Below, one piece after another: positions 10,153 to 20,211 of a stretch of DNA of 21,624 bases. This DNA comes from Octopus sinensis (taxonomy: Eukaryota). The stretch lies in contig NW_021823640.1 in assembly GCF_006345805.1 (NCBI RefSeq), positions 1-21,624 on the forward strand, in the 5' to 3' direction. Positions within the stretch are counted from its first letter, which is position 1; each line of letters begins with the position of its first letter. The position numbers and the translations under genes are program-made. The notes below the pieces were generated by a model that worked only from the letters and a program-made list of their open reading frames with translations, ran no database searches and was not told the DNA's origin.

Positions 10153-10228
<76 letters not shown>

Positions 10229-10230
10229 CA

Positions 10231-10264
<34 letters not shown>

Positions 10265-10265
10265 C
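10140..10265. repeat. (ATT)n microsatellite
   Basis: Direct inspection. Confidence 0.97.
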
Positions 10266-10821
10266 ATTTTTCTCCTTTCCCCCTCCATTTCCTCTTTTGC
10301 GGACTGACCTTCGGAACTAATATCAAACAGCTTGGTCACGTCACATAACACCTTAGCTATTGACCCGGCATGACAATTGTTGTACCATTATCATGTCTTC
10401 CAAAGCATATAATAGCTGATCAGGTTGGATAGGTGTCATTAATGTCCCGGACGTGACCACTGTATCTTATGAGGTAATTTATGCCTTCGTCATCCACTTA
10501 GCCCCAACACAAAAATGGAAATTCTAGTACGAAGTTTATTTCGTTGAAAATTCTTGCAGAATAGTGAGAGACCCCCACCACCACTCCAGTTGAATTATAT
10601 CAGCTCCTAGTATCTATGGTACCTCGTGGAATCCGTTCGAAACAGCTATCGTATATTGAATATGCAATTCGCCACGCCTCATTACCCAAGTCCATCTTCT
10701 CAGGAAATGTGTAGTGAAAGAGAGCAAGTGACCCTCGTGGCCTGAACTCTTTACATGAACACCACCCTGTACTTAACTCCATGTCCTCCTACATGGCCTT
10801 GCTATTTGCTTTTGAGCCAAA

Positions 10822-10857
10822 TTAACTAACTAACTAACTAACTACTAACTAACTAAC
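10822..10857. repeat. (CTAA)n microsatellite
   Basis: Direct inspection. Confidence 0.9.
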
Positions 10858-11906
10858 AGAGGTATTTAAATTGAAGAAATCAAAGAATGATTAGGAAAAA
10901 AGGGTCCAACTGCTTATATGCATATGACACAACCGAAAGGGTCTTGGAGACTCTTGAAAGTCCGACCTCTGAACACAAGGAGGGACCTAGGAGATGCCTA
11001 ATGATATAATCGCCGGACGAATGAACGGCATTGTTTTCCTCCGTGGTATTTGATGCCAGTTCATATCATTCCAGAATTAAACACCGCATGGCATTTTATA
11101 TCATGCAATAAGGATAAACCCAATCTAGCGTCAACTGAGTAAATTTTGACTGCTATTAATTCTACTGTATCGAGTAACCTCGTAGAGGGTCCCACGAAGG
11201 CTTATGGTAATGCGAAAATGTTTAATAGACACAGAATAACCAGAATAAATAGGTTGGAGATTCTTGTAGCTACTTTACTCTCCATTAACGCAAAGAAACT
11301 TTTGCCAGTTCCATTATCTATCGAATTTTGGTTTACCATAATAAATAGCTTCAATTATGGAAGTTTTAAAGCGTATATTTTCGAACAAGTTAGGAAATGT
11401 GTCTATCCAATATTCTATAGCTTCTGATTTTAGAGTCTGAAATATATTAAAATAGAGATTGGCTCAAACGAGTAAAACTAAGAGTCTTCCGTTTTCGGTT
11501 TCTTCCAGTAAATGATTCCGGAAGCCATTGTTAAATTCTAAATGAGCTATTAAATGAATGCTGCAAGGTTTTAAAATGCTATCTATACTCTTTGTATTTT
11601 GAAAGACGGTCCATTGCGTCTTGTTATTGTTGTTGCTGTTACTATTTCTATTGTTGTTGTTGCTAACTCATACATCATTCTACATAGAACAGAGCTATGA
11701 AAAAAGAAGAAAAAAACTCCGTCCGCTAATATCAAAACTTTTTCTCGCGGTTTAGCGTAACTAGGACAATCTAAGTTCTCGTGTTCTTATTTTCTGAGAG
11801 AGCAACGTATAATGTAAAGGTGGATGGGCTACTGTTTCTAGCTGGTTGAGTTACCACATAGACAATCTGATGTAGCCTCGGCTAAAACTTTTATTGGTGA
11901 ACACTT

Positions 11907-12147
11907 ACTCTTTTTGACTCTTTTACTTGTTTCAGTCATTTGACTGCGGCCATGCTGGAGCACCACCTTTAGTCGAGCAAATCGACCTCGAGACTTATTC
12001 TTTGTAAGCCCAGTACTTATTCTATCCGTCACTTTTTGCCGAACCGCTAAGTGACGGGGACGTAAACACACCAGCATCGGTTGTCAAGTGATGGTGAGGG
12101 GACAAACACAGACACACAAACATATACACACACATACATACATATAT

Positions 12148-12179
<32 letters not shown>

Positions 12180-12341
12180 CGAGAGGCTTCTTTCAGTTTC
12201 CGTCTACCAAATCCACTCACAAGACATTGGTCGGCCCGGGGCTATAGCAGACACACTTGCCCAAGATGCCACGCAGTGGGACTGAACCCGGAACCGTGTG
12301 GTTGGTAAGCAAGCTATTTACCACACAGCCACTCCTGCCCC
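11907..12341 (-). mobile_element. SINE family B, full length (tRNA-like head, CORE-like segment, internal microsatellite, LINE-related tail)
   Basis: Head GCAGGAGTGGCTGTGTGG...GGTTCAGTCCC. Segment GTGGCATCTTGGGCAAGTG resembles the CORE-SINE motif GTGACCTTGGGCAAG. Tail GGTGGTGCTCCAGCATGGCCGCAGTCAAATGACTGAAAC is followed by A-rich repeats. Confidence 0.9.
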
Positions 12342-12352
12342 TTATTTTATTT

Positions 12353-12500
12353 CCGAGTTCAAATTCCGCAGAGTTCAACTTTACCTTTCGGGGTCGATAA
12401 AATAAGTACCAGCTAAACGCTGAGGGTTCGATGTAATTCCCTCATCCCCTCCCCCAGCATCGCTGCCCTTGTGGCAAAATTTAAAACCATTATTATTTTT
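12353..12500 (+). mobile_element. SINE family C, 5'-truncated
   Basis: B-box-like GAGTTCAAATTCC, central CCTTTCGGGGTCGATAAAATAAGTACCAG, tail shared with 2801-2880. Confidence 0.7.
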
Positions 12501-12521
12501 ATTATCTTCGTGTCTGTAGTA

Positions 12522-12911
12522 GTGGATGGAAGCACTCCGTCGGTTCCGACGACGAGGGTTCCGGTTGATCCGAATCAACGGAACAGCCTGCTCGTGAAAT
12601 TAACGTGTAAGTGGCTGAGCACTCCACAGACACGTGTACCCTTAACGTAGTTCTCGGGGATATTCAGCGTGACACAGAGAGTGACAAGGCCGGCCCTTTG
12701 AAATACAGTTACAACAGAAACAGGAAATAAGAGTGAGAGAAAGTTGTGGTGAAAGAGTACAGCAGGGATCACCACCATTCCCTGCCGGAGCCTCGTGGAG
12801 CTTTAGGTGTTTTCGCTCAATAAACACTCACAACGCCCGGTCTGGGGATCGAGACCGCGATCCTATGACCGCGAGTCCGCTGCCCTAACCACTGGGCCAT
12901 TGCGCCTCCAC
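12522..12911 (-). mobile_element. SINE family A, full length with alternative 3' tail and TSD
   Basis: Head GTGGAGGCGCAATGGCCCAGTGGTTAGGGCAGCGGAC. Perfect 10-bp TSD GTCTGTAGTA at 12512-12521 and 12912-12921. Confidence 0.92.
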
Positions 12912-13007
12912 GTCTGTAGTATAAAGGATTATTCTTGTTACTGACGTCTTTTCGCTGCTGTTCCGTAGTCCGGGATTAACACTGTTCTAGCAGACAGGAT
13001 TAGGTAG

Positions 13008-13041
13008 AAGGCAGAGTATATTGTAAAGGCAGAGTATATTG
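13008..13041. repeat. Short tandem duplication AAGGCAGAGTATATTG x2 (period 18)
   Basis: Copies at 13008-13023 and 13026-13041. Confidence 0.9.
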
Positions 13042-13269
13042 CAATGTTCAAGGTGTTCGTTGTTTTGGGAGGAAAGGTAGAAAAGGAGATCAGGAAGAAA
13101 AGGCTTAGGGTTTTAGGAGTTCGAGCGATTGCTAAGTGATCTTAGGCTGCGCAAATTAAATACTTATGCACCTACAGTGGTTATAATCTGACAACAGAAT
13201 TCTGCTTCTGGAAGAGTTATGTTGTATTTGTGTGTATGTGTGTGAGTCAACATAGATGTGTATGTAAGC

Positions 13270-13324
13270 ATGTATATATGAATATATACATATAATAATA
13301 TATATATATATATATATATATAAC

Positions 13325-13380
<56 letters not shown>

Positions 13381-13415
13381 AATATATATATATATAATAT
13401 ATGTATATATATATG

Positions 13416-13447
<32 letters not shown>

Positions 13448-13510
13448 TATATTGTATATATATATAATATATTATATGTATATATTCAAAGAGAGATATA
13501 GATAGATAGG
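13270..13510. repeat. Degenerate (TA)n tract plus (GATA)n
   Basis: Direct inspection. Confidence 0.95.
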
Positions 13511-13863
13511 CGCAGGACTGGCTGTGTTGTAAGAAGCAAGCTTCTCGACCACATTGTTCCGCTGCCCTAGTGGTTAGGGCAGCGGACTCACGGTCGTAGG
13601 ATCGTGGTTTCGATTCCCAGACCGGGCGTTGTGAGTGTTTATTGAGTGACAACATCTAAAAGCTGCACGAGGCTCGGGCAGGGGGTGGTGGCGATCCCTG
13701 CTGTACTCTTTCGCCACAACTTTCTCTCACTCTCCCTTCTCTTGGCCTGCTCGGTTAGCCAGCTGGGTGGCGTCACTTGAAGGCTAAAACAATGCAAAGG
13801 GCTTTGTAACCAGCGATGTGTAGCAACATCTGATAGCTTGGTCGGTCACGGTTATCACGGTGA
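13509..13863 (+). mobile_element. Chimeric SINE: family B head (13509-13561) fused to family A body (13570 onward) with a third tail type
   Basis: GGCGCAGGACTGGCTGTGTTGTAAGAAGC..CCACATTGTTCCG matches the B head. GTGGTTAGGGCAGCGGAC onward matches family A. Confidence 0.85.
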
Positions 13864-13884
13864 TATGTATATTTAGTTGCAATT

Positions 13885-14063
13885 TATAAAAGACAAAACA
13901 TGAAGACAGGTGTGTAAACAACAACTAGGTGTATTAGTTTAATGCTCGAGAAGGTGAGAATTTCTTTTACGTTTCGAGCCTATGCTCTTCAACAGGAAGG
14001 AACACGAAAAAATAAACAGAGAGAAGAAAAGAAAGCTTTAGTAGCTAGCGGTCAATCATGGTG
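13885..14063 (-). mobile_element. Diverged member of the Penelope-like hammerhead repeat
   Basis: Collinear with 5630-5825 (TGTATTAGT, TCTTTTACGTTTCGAGCCTA.GCTCTTC, GCTA.CGGTC.ATCATGGTG). Confidence 0.65.
13963..14000 (-). ncRNA. Hammerhead-like motif copy 4 (diverged)
   Basis: CCTTC-CTGTTGA-A-GAGC-ATAG-GCTC-GAA-ACGT-A-AAAGA. Core and stem II are kept; stem I is weakened. Confidence 0.4.
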
Positions 14064-14067
14064 ATAG

Positions 14068-14071
<4 letters not shown>

Positions 14072-14118
<47 letters not shown>

Positions 14119-14280
14119 TCGCATGTATATTCAAGTAAGTTTCAAAATAAGAATTGTACACTCACACACACGCACACATGCACGCTAACACATGCAAACA
14201 CAAAGAGACAGACAGACAGACAGACAAATAGACAGATAGACAGACAGACAGAGAGACAGACAGATAGGTAAATAGATATG
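14072..14280. repeat. (TA)n, (CA)n, (GACA)n microsatellites
   Basis: Direct inspection. Confidence 0.9.
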
Positions 14281-14892
14281 GTCATGTGGGTCGCAGAGTT
14301 TCGTCTTCCAGAGAAAATGCTAAGGAACAACGGAATGCATAATTTTACGTTCATTATCATAACGAAAATAATTCTTTTAGCAAACCTAAATATATATAAA
14401 ATAAATTACAGATATTAGGTTTCTTTGTTAAGTTATATTAAATAATCAATAACGCATTCTATGATATTAATCTTCCTTCTTATGAAAAATTTTTATTCTA
14501 TAATATGTATTCTCAGGATACATATTAAAAAAAAGAAGGTTTCGGCACACGATTACACATTCAGTCTCTTTAAAAGACAAATGCAAAATTTAATATTTTC
14601 ATTTGCTATGAATTCCTTTCGTAATATTTCTAACCCTTTTAAGTAGGTGGATATAATCGGCACCAGGATACTAGTTGAATTTAATTCTTTGCACAGTTTA
14701 CGAATGCCTCGATATTCTATTAAAATGTCATCCAATTTCGTTTTTCTATTTCAGCTTCTGTGGATTGAGAAATTATCTAATATTATTGGCGGAAGCAAAA
14801 TCTAATTGGATTCCAATACTCCCGCCATCGTATTGAATTTATTTAATATTCTATATATCTTTTCTATCATTCACTTTTTCGGCTTATCTCTC

Positions 14893-14931
<39 letters not shown>

Positions 14932-15151
14932 GTAGTTTACGGTTCCATTATAGGTTGGAGCAAAGAAACAAGTACTCCATTGAGTGAGAGACACATATTT
15001 AATAAAGGTAGTGTTTGAATAGGACCTACTAGTAGTTTCATGCTCGGGAAACACATTAAATGAACATATTTTTATATCGTACTTTATGTGCCCAAGCAAA
15101 TTATTAGCAGCAGATATTAAAAGATATATTTGTACGTTTAAGTGTATATGT

Positions 15152-15219
<68 letters not shown>

Positions 15220-15225
15220 ACATAT
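15152..15225. repeat. (CA)n microsatellite
   Basis: Direct inspection. Confidence 0.97.
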
Positions 15226-15589
15226 GTATGAGAAGTAATTAAGATACAGTCTGGTATTATCCGAACAGCTCGAAGTAGGGTGAATAGAATCAAAATAATT
15301 GACAAGATTTCAAGTAGTGATGCAGTACGACCGTTTCAAGCGACTATTTTTAATTGAACAATGCAATCGTTACATCAATTTAAATACAGTTCTATCTTCA
15401 ACTGTATTAGTTATCGTTCTAGTATTCCATCTAACAGTTCATTGCAGCCGTGGTCATTCATAGTGTTTTTAGTATCAACTGATGGTCCACCTTCATCGGG
15501 TTCTGTATACCCAGTTTGCTGGTTTGAGTTAGTGATTTCAGAGCTTTTACCCGTGGGTGTGAGTGAGTGTGTGTTATACTTATCTGACT

Positions 15590-15676
15590 TTTGACTGATC
15601 TGACTATTTTGTCAATTTCGCTGACAGTTAGTCTTTTAGTTTTTAGTAAAACACGTCGAGCCACTATGGCTGCACT
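15590..15676 (-). mobile_element. Possible N-terminal ORF remnant of an R4/Dong-like element
   Basis: AIVARRVLLKTKRLTVSEIDKIVRSVK resembles the 'RRxIxKxxxLxxxEIxxI' motif I recall near the N-terminus of R4/Dong ORFs. Abuts TAATAATAA on its 5' side. Unverified. Confidence 0.4.
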
Positions 15677-15741
15677 TATTATTATCCTCCTCCTCCTACT
15701 ACTCCTCTTCCTCCTCCTCTTCCTCCTCCTCCTCCTCATTA

Positions 15742-15781
<40 letters not shown>

Positions 15782-16201
15782 GTAGTAGTAGTAGTAGTAG
15801 TGGCAGAATGAGAGGAGGGAACAGGTGATGCTATCTTGCAAATTCTTCTAGGTCTCAGAAGATTCTAACAAGTTTATCCGTTTGACTGTGTCTGCAAAAT
15901 TCGATCTTTTCTTCTGATTAACGATTGAAAAATTATAAACGAAAAACGAAAAACAATAAAACAAAACAAAACAAGCCATCCATATATATACATAAAAATA
16001 ATAATTCAGTAAATAAACAAACAAATAAACAAAAGAGAAAAAAAATGATATTATTTCGAATCGCTAATTTTCTTTTAATAGATTAAAAAACGAAATTTAT
16101 TTCTTCTTTGTAGAATTTTATTTAATATGACTAACTTTATTTATCACTGGAACCAAAAACCAAAAGACATTCTCTAAAGCAAACACAATCAATTTCCTTA
16201 C

Positions 16202-16265
<64 letters not shown>

Positions 16266-16366
16266 GTTATTATTATTATTATTGTTGTTGTTGTTGTTGC
16301 CATGGTTGTGGTTATATGAATTTTTGTTACTTATCTTTCATTATCTTAGTCAGCGTCTTCATCATC

Positions 16367-16423
<57 letters not shown>

Positions 16424-16463
16424 TATTATTATTATCATTATTAATTATTATTATTTATTTTTA

Positions 16464-16525
<62 letters not shown>

Positions 16526-16529
16526 TTTA

Positions 16530-16573
<44 letters not shown>

Positions 16574-16976
16574 TTTATCATTATTATTATTATTATTCAA
16601 TTTCTTATTGGAATGAAACGAAATTTAATTTTACTTCTTTCCGTTATTACCAACCAATTATCTTTCCTTTTGAGACTGTGTTGTTGATTTGTTGTTGTTG
16701 ATGCTGTTGTTGTTGTTGTTGTTGTTGCTGTTGTTGTTATGATTGTTGTGCTTTTCGTTCTTTTTCCGTTTTTAGATATTGTTGCTTTTTTTTCTTTTCC
16801 TGGTACAATTCAAGAACAATATTCAGTTCGTGACATCTTTGATGAATATAAATAAGAACGTCTGACGACTCTATCCGTAACCAAGAGTACGACGATATTA
16901 GAAAACAACAAACAACGTCTTAAGCAACAACAGCAACAACAATAACTAAAATAACAAGAACTAATAACAACTACTG

Positions 16977-17009
<33 letters not shown>

Positions 17010-17206
17010 ATATTGCCTCTGCTGCTGCTGCTGCTACTACTACTACTACAACTACTACAACTACTGCTGCTGCTGCTGCTACTGCTACTGCTGCTGCTGC
17101 TGCTGCTGATGGTGGTATATAGATGAGCAATACATAATACAATATCGAACAGATCGACACTAAGAAAAGGAACGGAACATACATTGACAGCAACAAGAAA
17201 TAACAT

Positions 17207-17243
<37 letters not shown>

Positions 17244-17330
17244 CACCACTACTACCACCACCACTACCACCAATACCACAACTACTACTACTACCATCAT
17301 CACCACCACCACCACTGCCACTATTACAAA
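15677..17330. repeat. Trinucleotide microsatellite block: (CCT), (ATT), (AGT), ~400 bp (ATT)n at 16200-16600, (GTT), (ACT), (GCT), (ACC)
   Basis: Direct inspection; unique interruptions between arrays. Confidence 0.92.
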
Positions 17331-17809
17331 TTCTTTTGTACATAGCATTTATGTACGTATGTTCTTCGCTTTCTCCTTCTAATTTCAAAGTAAACTTTGA
17401 CCCGCTACCTACCTGGTAGCAAGGTTATGAACGAAGGTATCTTTATTTTAATCATCATCCATTGCATCTTAACTTCTAGATTTTTATACTGCAGCATATA
17501 GTAATCATACATAGCATAGGAATTAAGGATTTGGGTCCTCTCCCCAAGATCCAAGGTTCAGCCATCCTTTACTCCAGACGTGTTGGCACGAATACTGTTG
17601 CTCCAATAATAATAGATACAAAGCTGAAATTTACCTTAGGTACTGGATTCAAAACTCCTTATCAATGGTCCGTATATGTCATCTTTGTCTCGTATTTTTT
17701 ATGTATGTATATATCTATGTACGTATACGTGCGTGTGTGTGTGTATGTGTGTGTGCGTGTGAGTTATTCTGTGCAGATATAAAAACATAGATAAAAAACT
17801 AAGCGTCGG

Positions 17810-18170
17810 TCAGATTAGTGCCAAGGACTCCAAATTTGCCATCAAGATGTAGGACAAGATACTGTGATAGCCTGGGCTTCAGAGGCCCACAGCTCTTCAA
17901 TATCCTCCCAAAGAACCTGAGAGACCTGCATGGGGTGGATGCAGATGTCTTTAAAATAAAACTGGATCTCTTCCTGTCAGGTGTCCTAGATGAACCAACT
18001 TCACGGCAGGAGGTGCAGATGAGGGCAGCTGCATCGAACTCTCTCATGCACCAAATGGCAATTACTAAAAAGCATTCATGAAGTAAAATCATGTAGCAAC
18101 ACCGAATGGCGGTGCTCCAGCATGGCCACAGCTCGTGAGCTGAAACTAGATAAAATATAAAATATAAATA
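17810..18170 (+). mobile_element. 5'-truncated non-LTR retrotransposon 3' end, same family as 3316-3637
   Basis: Open frame 17818-18081 PRTPNLPSRCRTRYCDSLGFRGPQLFNILPKNLRDLHGVDADVFKIKLDLFLSGVLDEPTSRQEVQMRAAASNSLMHQM. 3' UTR has GGCGGTGCTCCAGCATGGCC and an (ATAAAAT)-like tail. Confidence 0.87.
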
Positions 18171-18904
18171 TATTCGTTCCTTGCGGCAAAGTGAAGCCCC
18201 ATTCTACCCATACCTTATCTTTTCTTTATACTTTTTGCTTACAAATCTCTACATCGCAAATAATTCCTCAGAAACGGTTAGTTGATGCTGAAAAAAATCA
18301 ACCATTCAATAACTGTATGTTTAAAGATTTAAATCAACATATTTTCCGTTATGTTACGAGAAATGTGTACGTGAATGGATGTATGCGTTAGTGTATTTTT
18401 ATTATTTTTGTTGTTGCTTCTGTTGTTACTTATACTGATATCGTTCAAATTGTAGCTTTAAAATATTACATTCTGATATTATTGGAAACTATATTCGTGT
18501 TATATAGTTACTTTTTTCCCGTTTACAATTTTAAAAAATCAAAATTCCATTTATGATAGAGTTAAAATTTATAATTTCTCTTTCGAGTGTCCAATGATCA
18601 AATGATTTTCTTCCTTCAAAAGATTGTCAAAATGCGGCAACCCTCGTTTTTAAGTTTTTAATTGCTCCTCTCTTAAAATTACTGTAAACACTACAATATT
18701 CCGCAGATGAGAAAAAAAACCTGAAGTTATATTTGAAATAGACTCTCTGTCTGCTTCAGACACTGAAAGAACTGTGGTGACTTTCGAAATACAGCTGTTG
18801 TAAAAATAAACTACAAAGTACAACATACTTATGATTCAAAACGTCTCTATGTTCTTATCATTGTTATATAAACGAATTGGAAATGTTAAATCGAAAGTTT
18901 TTAC

Positions 18905-19020
18905 CTGGTGTAAAAGTTGTGCTACAACAAATATTCTGCGCAATACCACAGATTTGCTAGTCAGTTGCTTAATCTTATCCAGTTCAGCGTGTCCCTTAGT
19001 GGCCGACGATATGTGCGTCT
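18905..19020 (-). CDS. Candidate internal coding exon, unidentified (THISSATKGHAELDKIKQLTSKSVVLRRIFVVAQLLHQ)
   Basis: Acceptor CCTGCTTGTCTTCAG and donor CAG|GTAAAA bound 116 nt with only one open frame. More GC-rich than the flanks. Confidence 0.3.
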
Positions 19021-19323
19021 CTGAAGACAAGCAGGTGTAGTTGGGGAGCATCATATCCATGTCTTGAGAGAGAGAGAGGGGGAGTGAGAGAGGAAGACCA
19101 TCATCGGAATCCTGTTGGAAGTCCTTTAGAGCTGAGTAAAATGAATTGCCCTTTTTAGGGGCACACCGTACTAATAGTATTTAACACGATATGAACGCGT
19201 CAACGTTCCAATGGCCCACTTCAGCACCATCATCGTTTAGTGTCTCCCTCGTGCTTCTCTTGCCTACAAAAACTGGGGCTCTAAGTAAAAAAGAGAGGCT
19301 TGTATGTATGTATATATATATAC

Positions 19324-19460
19324 GTGGTAAGAAGCTTGGTTCCTAATCACATAGTTTCGGGTTCAGTCCCGTTGCGTGACACCTTCTACTATAGCCTCGG
19401 GTAGACCAAAGCCCTGAGGGTGGATTTGGTAGACGGAAACTGAAAAAAAGCCCGTCGTAT
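19324..19460 (+). mobile_element. SINE family B, left half
   Basis: GTGGTAAGAAGC...GGGTTCAGTCCC...TGGATTTGGTAGACGGAAACTG. About 13 bp of the CORE-like segment is deleted between CTT microhomologies. Confidence 0.88.
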
Positions 19461-19506
19461 ATATATATATATACACATATATATATATGTGTGTGTGTGT
19501 ATACAA

Positions 19507-19660
19507 CAGGCTTATTTCAGTTTCCATGTACCAAATCCATTCACAAGGTTTTGGTCGGCAGGAAGTTATAGAGGATATTGCCCAAGGTGCTCCTGAGGGG
19601 GACTGAACCCATGACCACGTGTTTGGGAAGTAAACGCTTAACCACATACCCGCACTTGCA
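19507..19660 (-). mobile_element. SINE family B, left half, diverged
   Basis: TTCAGTTTCC..TACCAAATCCA, TTGCCCAAGGTGC, GGGACTGAACCC. Confidence 0.85.
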
Positions 19661-20099
19661 CCTATAATATAACGTTATCTTTTTTTTTCTGATTTTTTTT
19701 TCATGTTTCGTACAGATAATTTATAGATACCTTGTATTGTTAATAATCAGTACCACCCTGTGACCCGCCGCTTCATTAAAATGTATTTCGTCTTGTGGTT
19801 ATTATTGTTGATAGTCTCGTTGCTTTTGTTTGCTACTAAAACTGTTGCTGGTGTTGTTAGTATTTGAAGTGGCGCCCATGTTATTAACTGTGCTACTATC
19901 TGTCTGCGTTCTTTGATTTTTACAATCTTTGTTTTATTCATTTTGACAAATTAATTCTAATTTTGATGTTTTAATGAGTAACTTTTAATTTTCACACCTC
20001 ATTATGTTTGCTCATGTGTCATATTCTCTGTTTTTCAGTCTGTTTTAATTTTCTAAAAAATGTTTTTTTTTTTAATTTCGCATTTCGACAATGTTGTAT

Positions 20100-20185
20100 T
20101 CTTTTGCTGGTTCCGGTTATTGGGCTGCGACCATATTAGCGCACCAACCTAAAGAGTTTAACCGAGTGAATCGACCAAAGTATGT
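20100..20185 (-). mobile_element. Highly degenerate 3' tail of SINE family B type
   Basis: CTGCGACCATATTAGCGCACC...AATCGACC aligns loosely to CTGCGGCCATGCTGGAGCACC...AATCGACC (11944-11990). Confidence 0.4.
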
Positions 20186-20211
20186 GTTTTTTGCATGTTA
20201 CTATTCGTAGA

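Noticed and set aside
9278-10265. Repeat-spacer-repeat pattern superficially like a CRISPR array
   Set aside because: The repeats are plain (ATT)n and the spacers are homologous retrotransposon fragments in a eukaryotic context.
10600-10782. ORF with CSCKEF..G..H resembling a SWIM zinc finger
   Set aside because: The third Cys is missing, spacing is off, and there is no supporting transposase sequence.
10920-11030. LKVRPLNTRRDLGD resembling the CR1 'LxLxxLxxRRxxxD' motif
   Set aside because: A single short motif needing frameshifts, with no convincing downstream motifs; cannot be supported without a search.
14736-14840. Strong acceptor-like TTTCGTTTTTCTATTTCAG at 14754
   Set aside because: Frames close within 16-26 codons, no donor was found, and such tracts are common in AT-rich DNA.
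16862-16900. CTGACGA-CTCT...AGAG hammerhead-like start
   Set aside because: The stem is not followed by GAAA and there is no NUH or stem I.
16680-16960. (GTT)n and (AAC)n tracts that could fold back
   Set aside because: Complementarity follows trivially from simple repeats, with no unique-sequence pairing.
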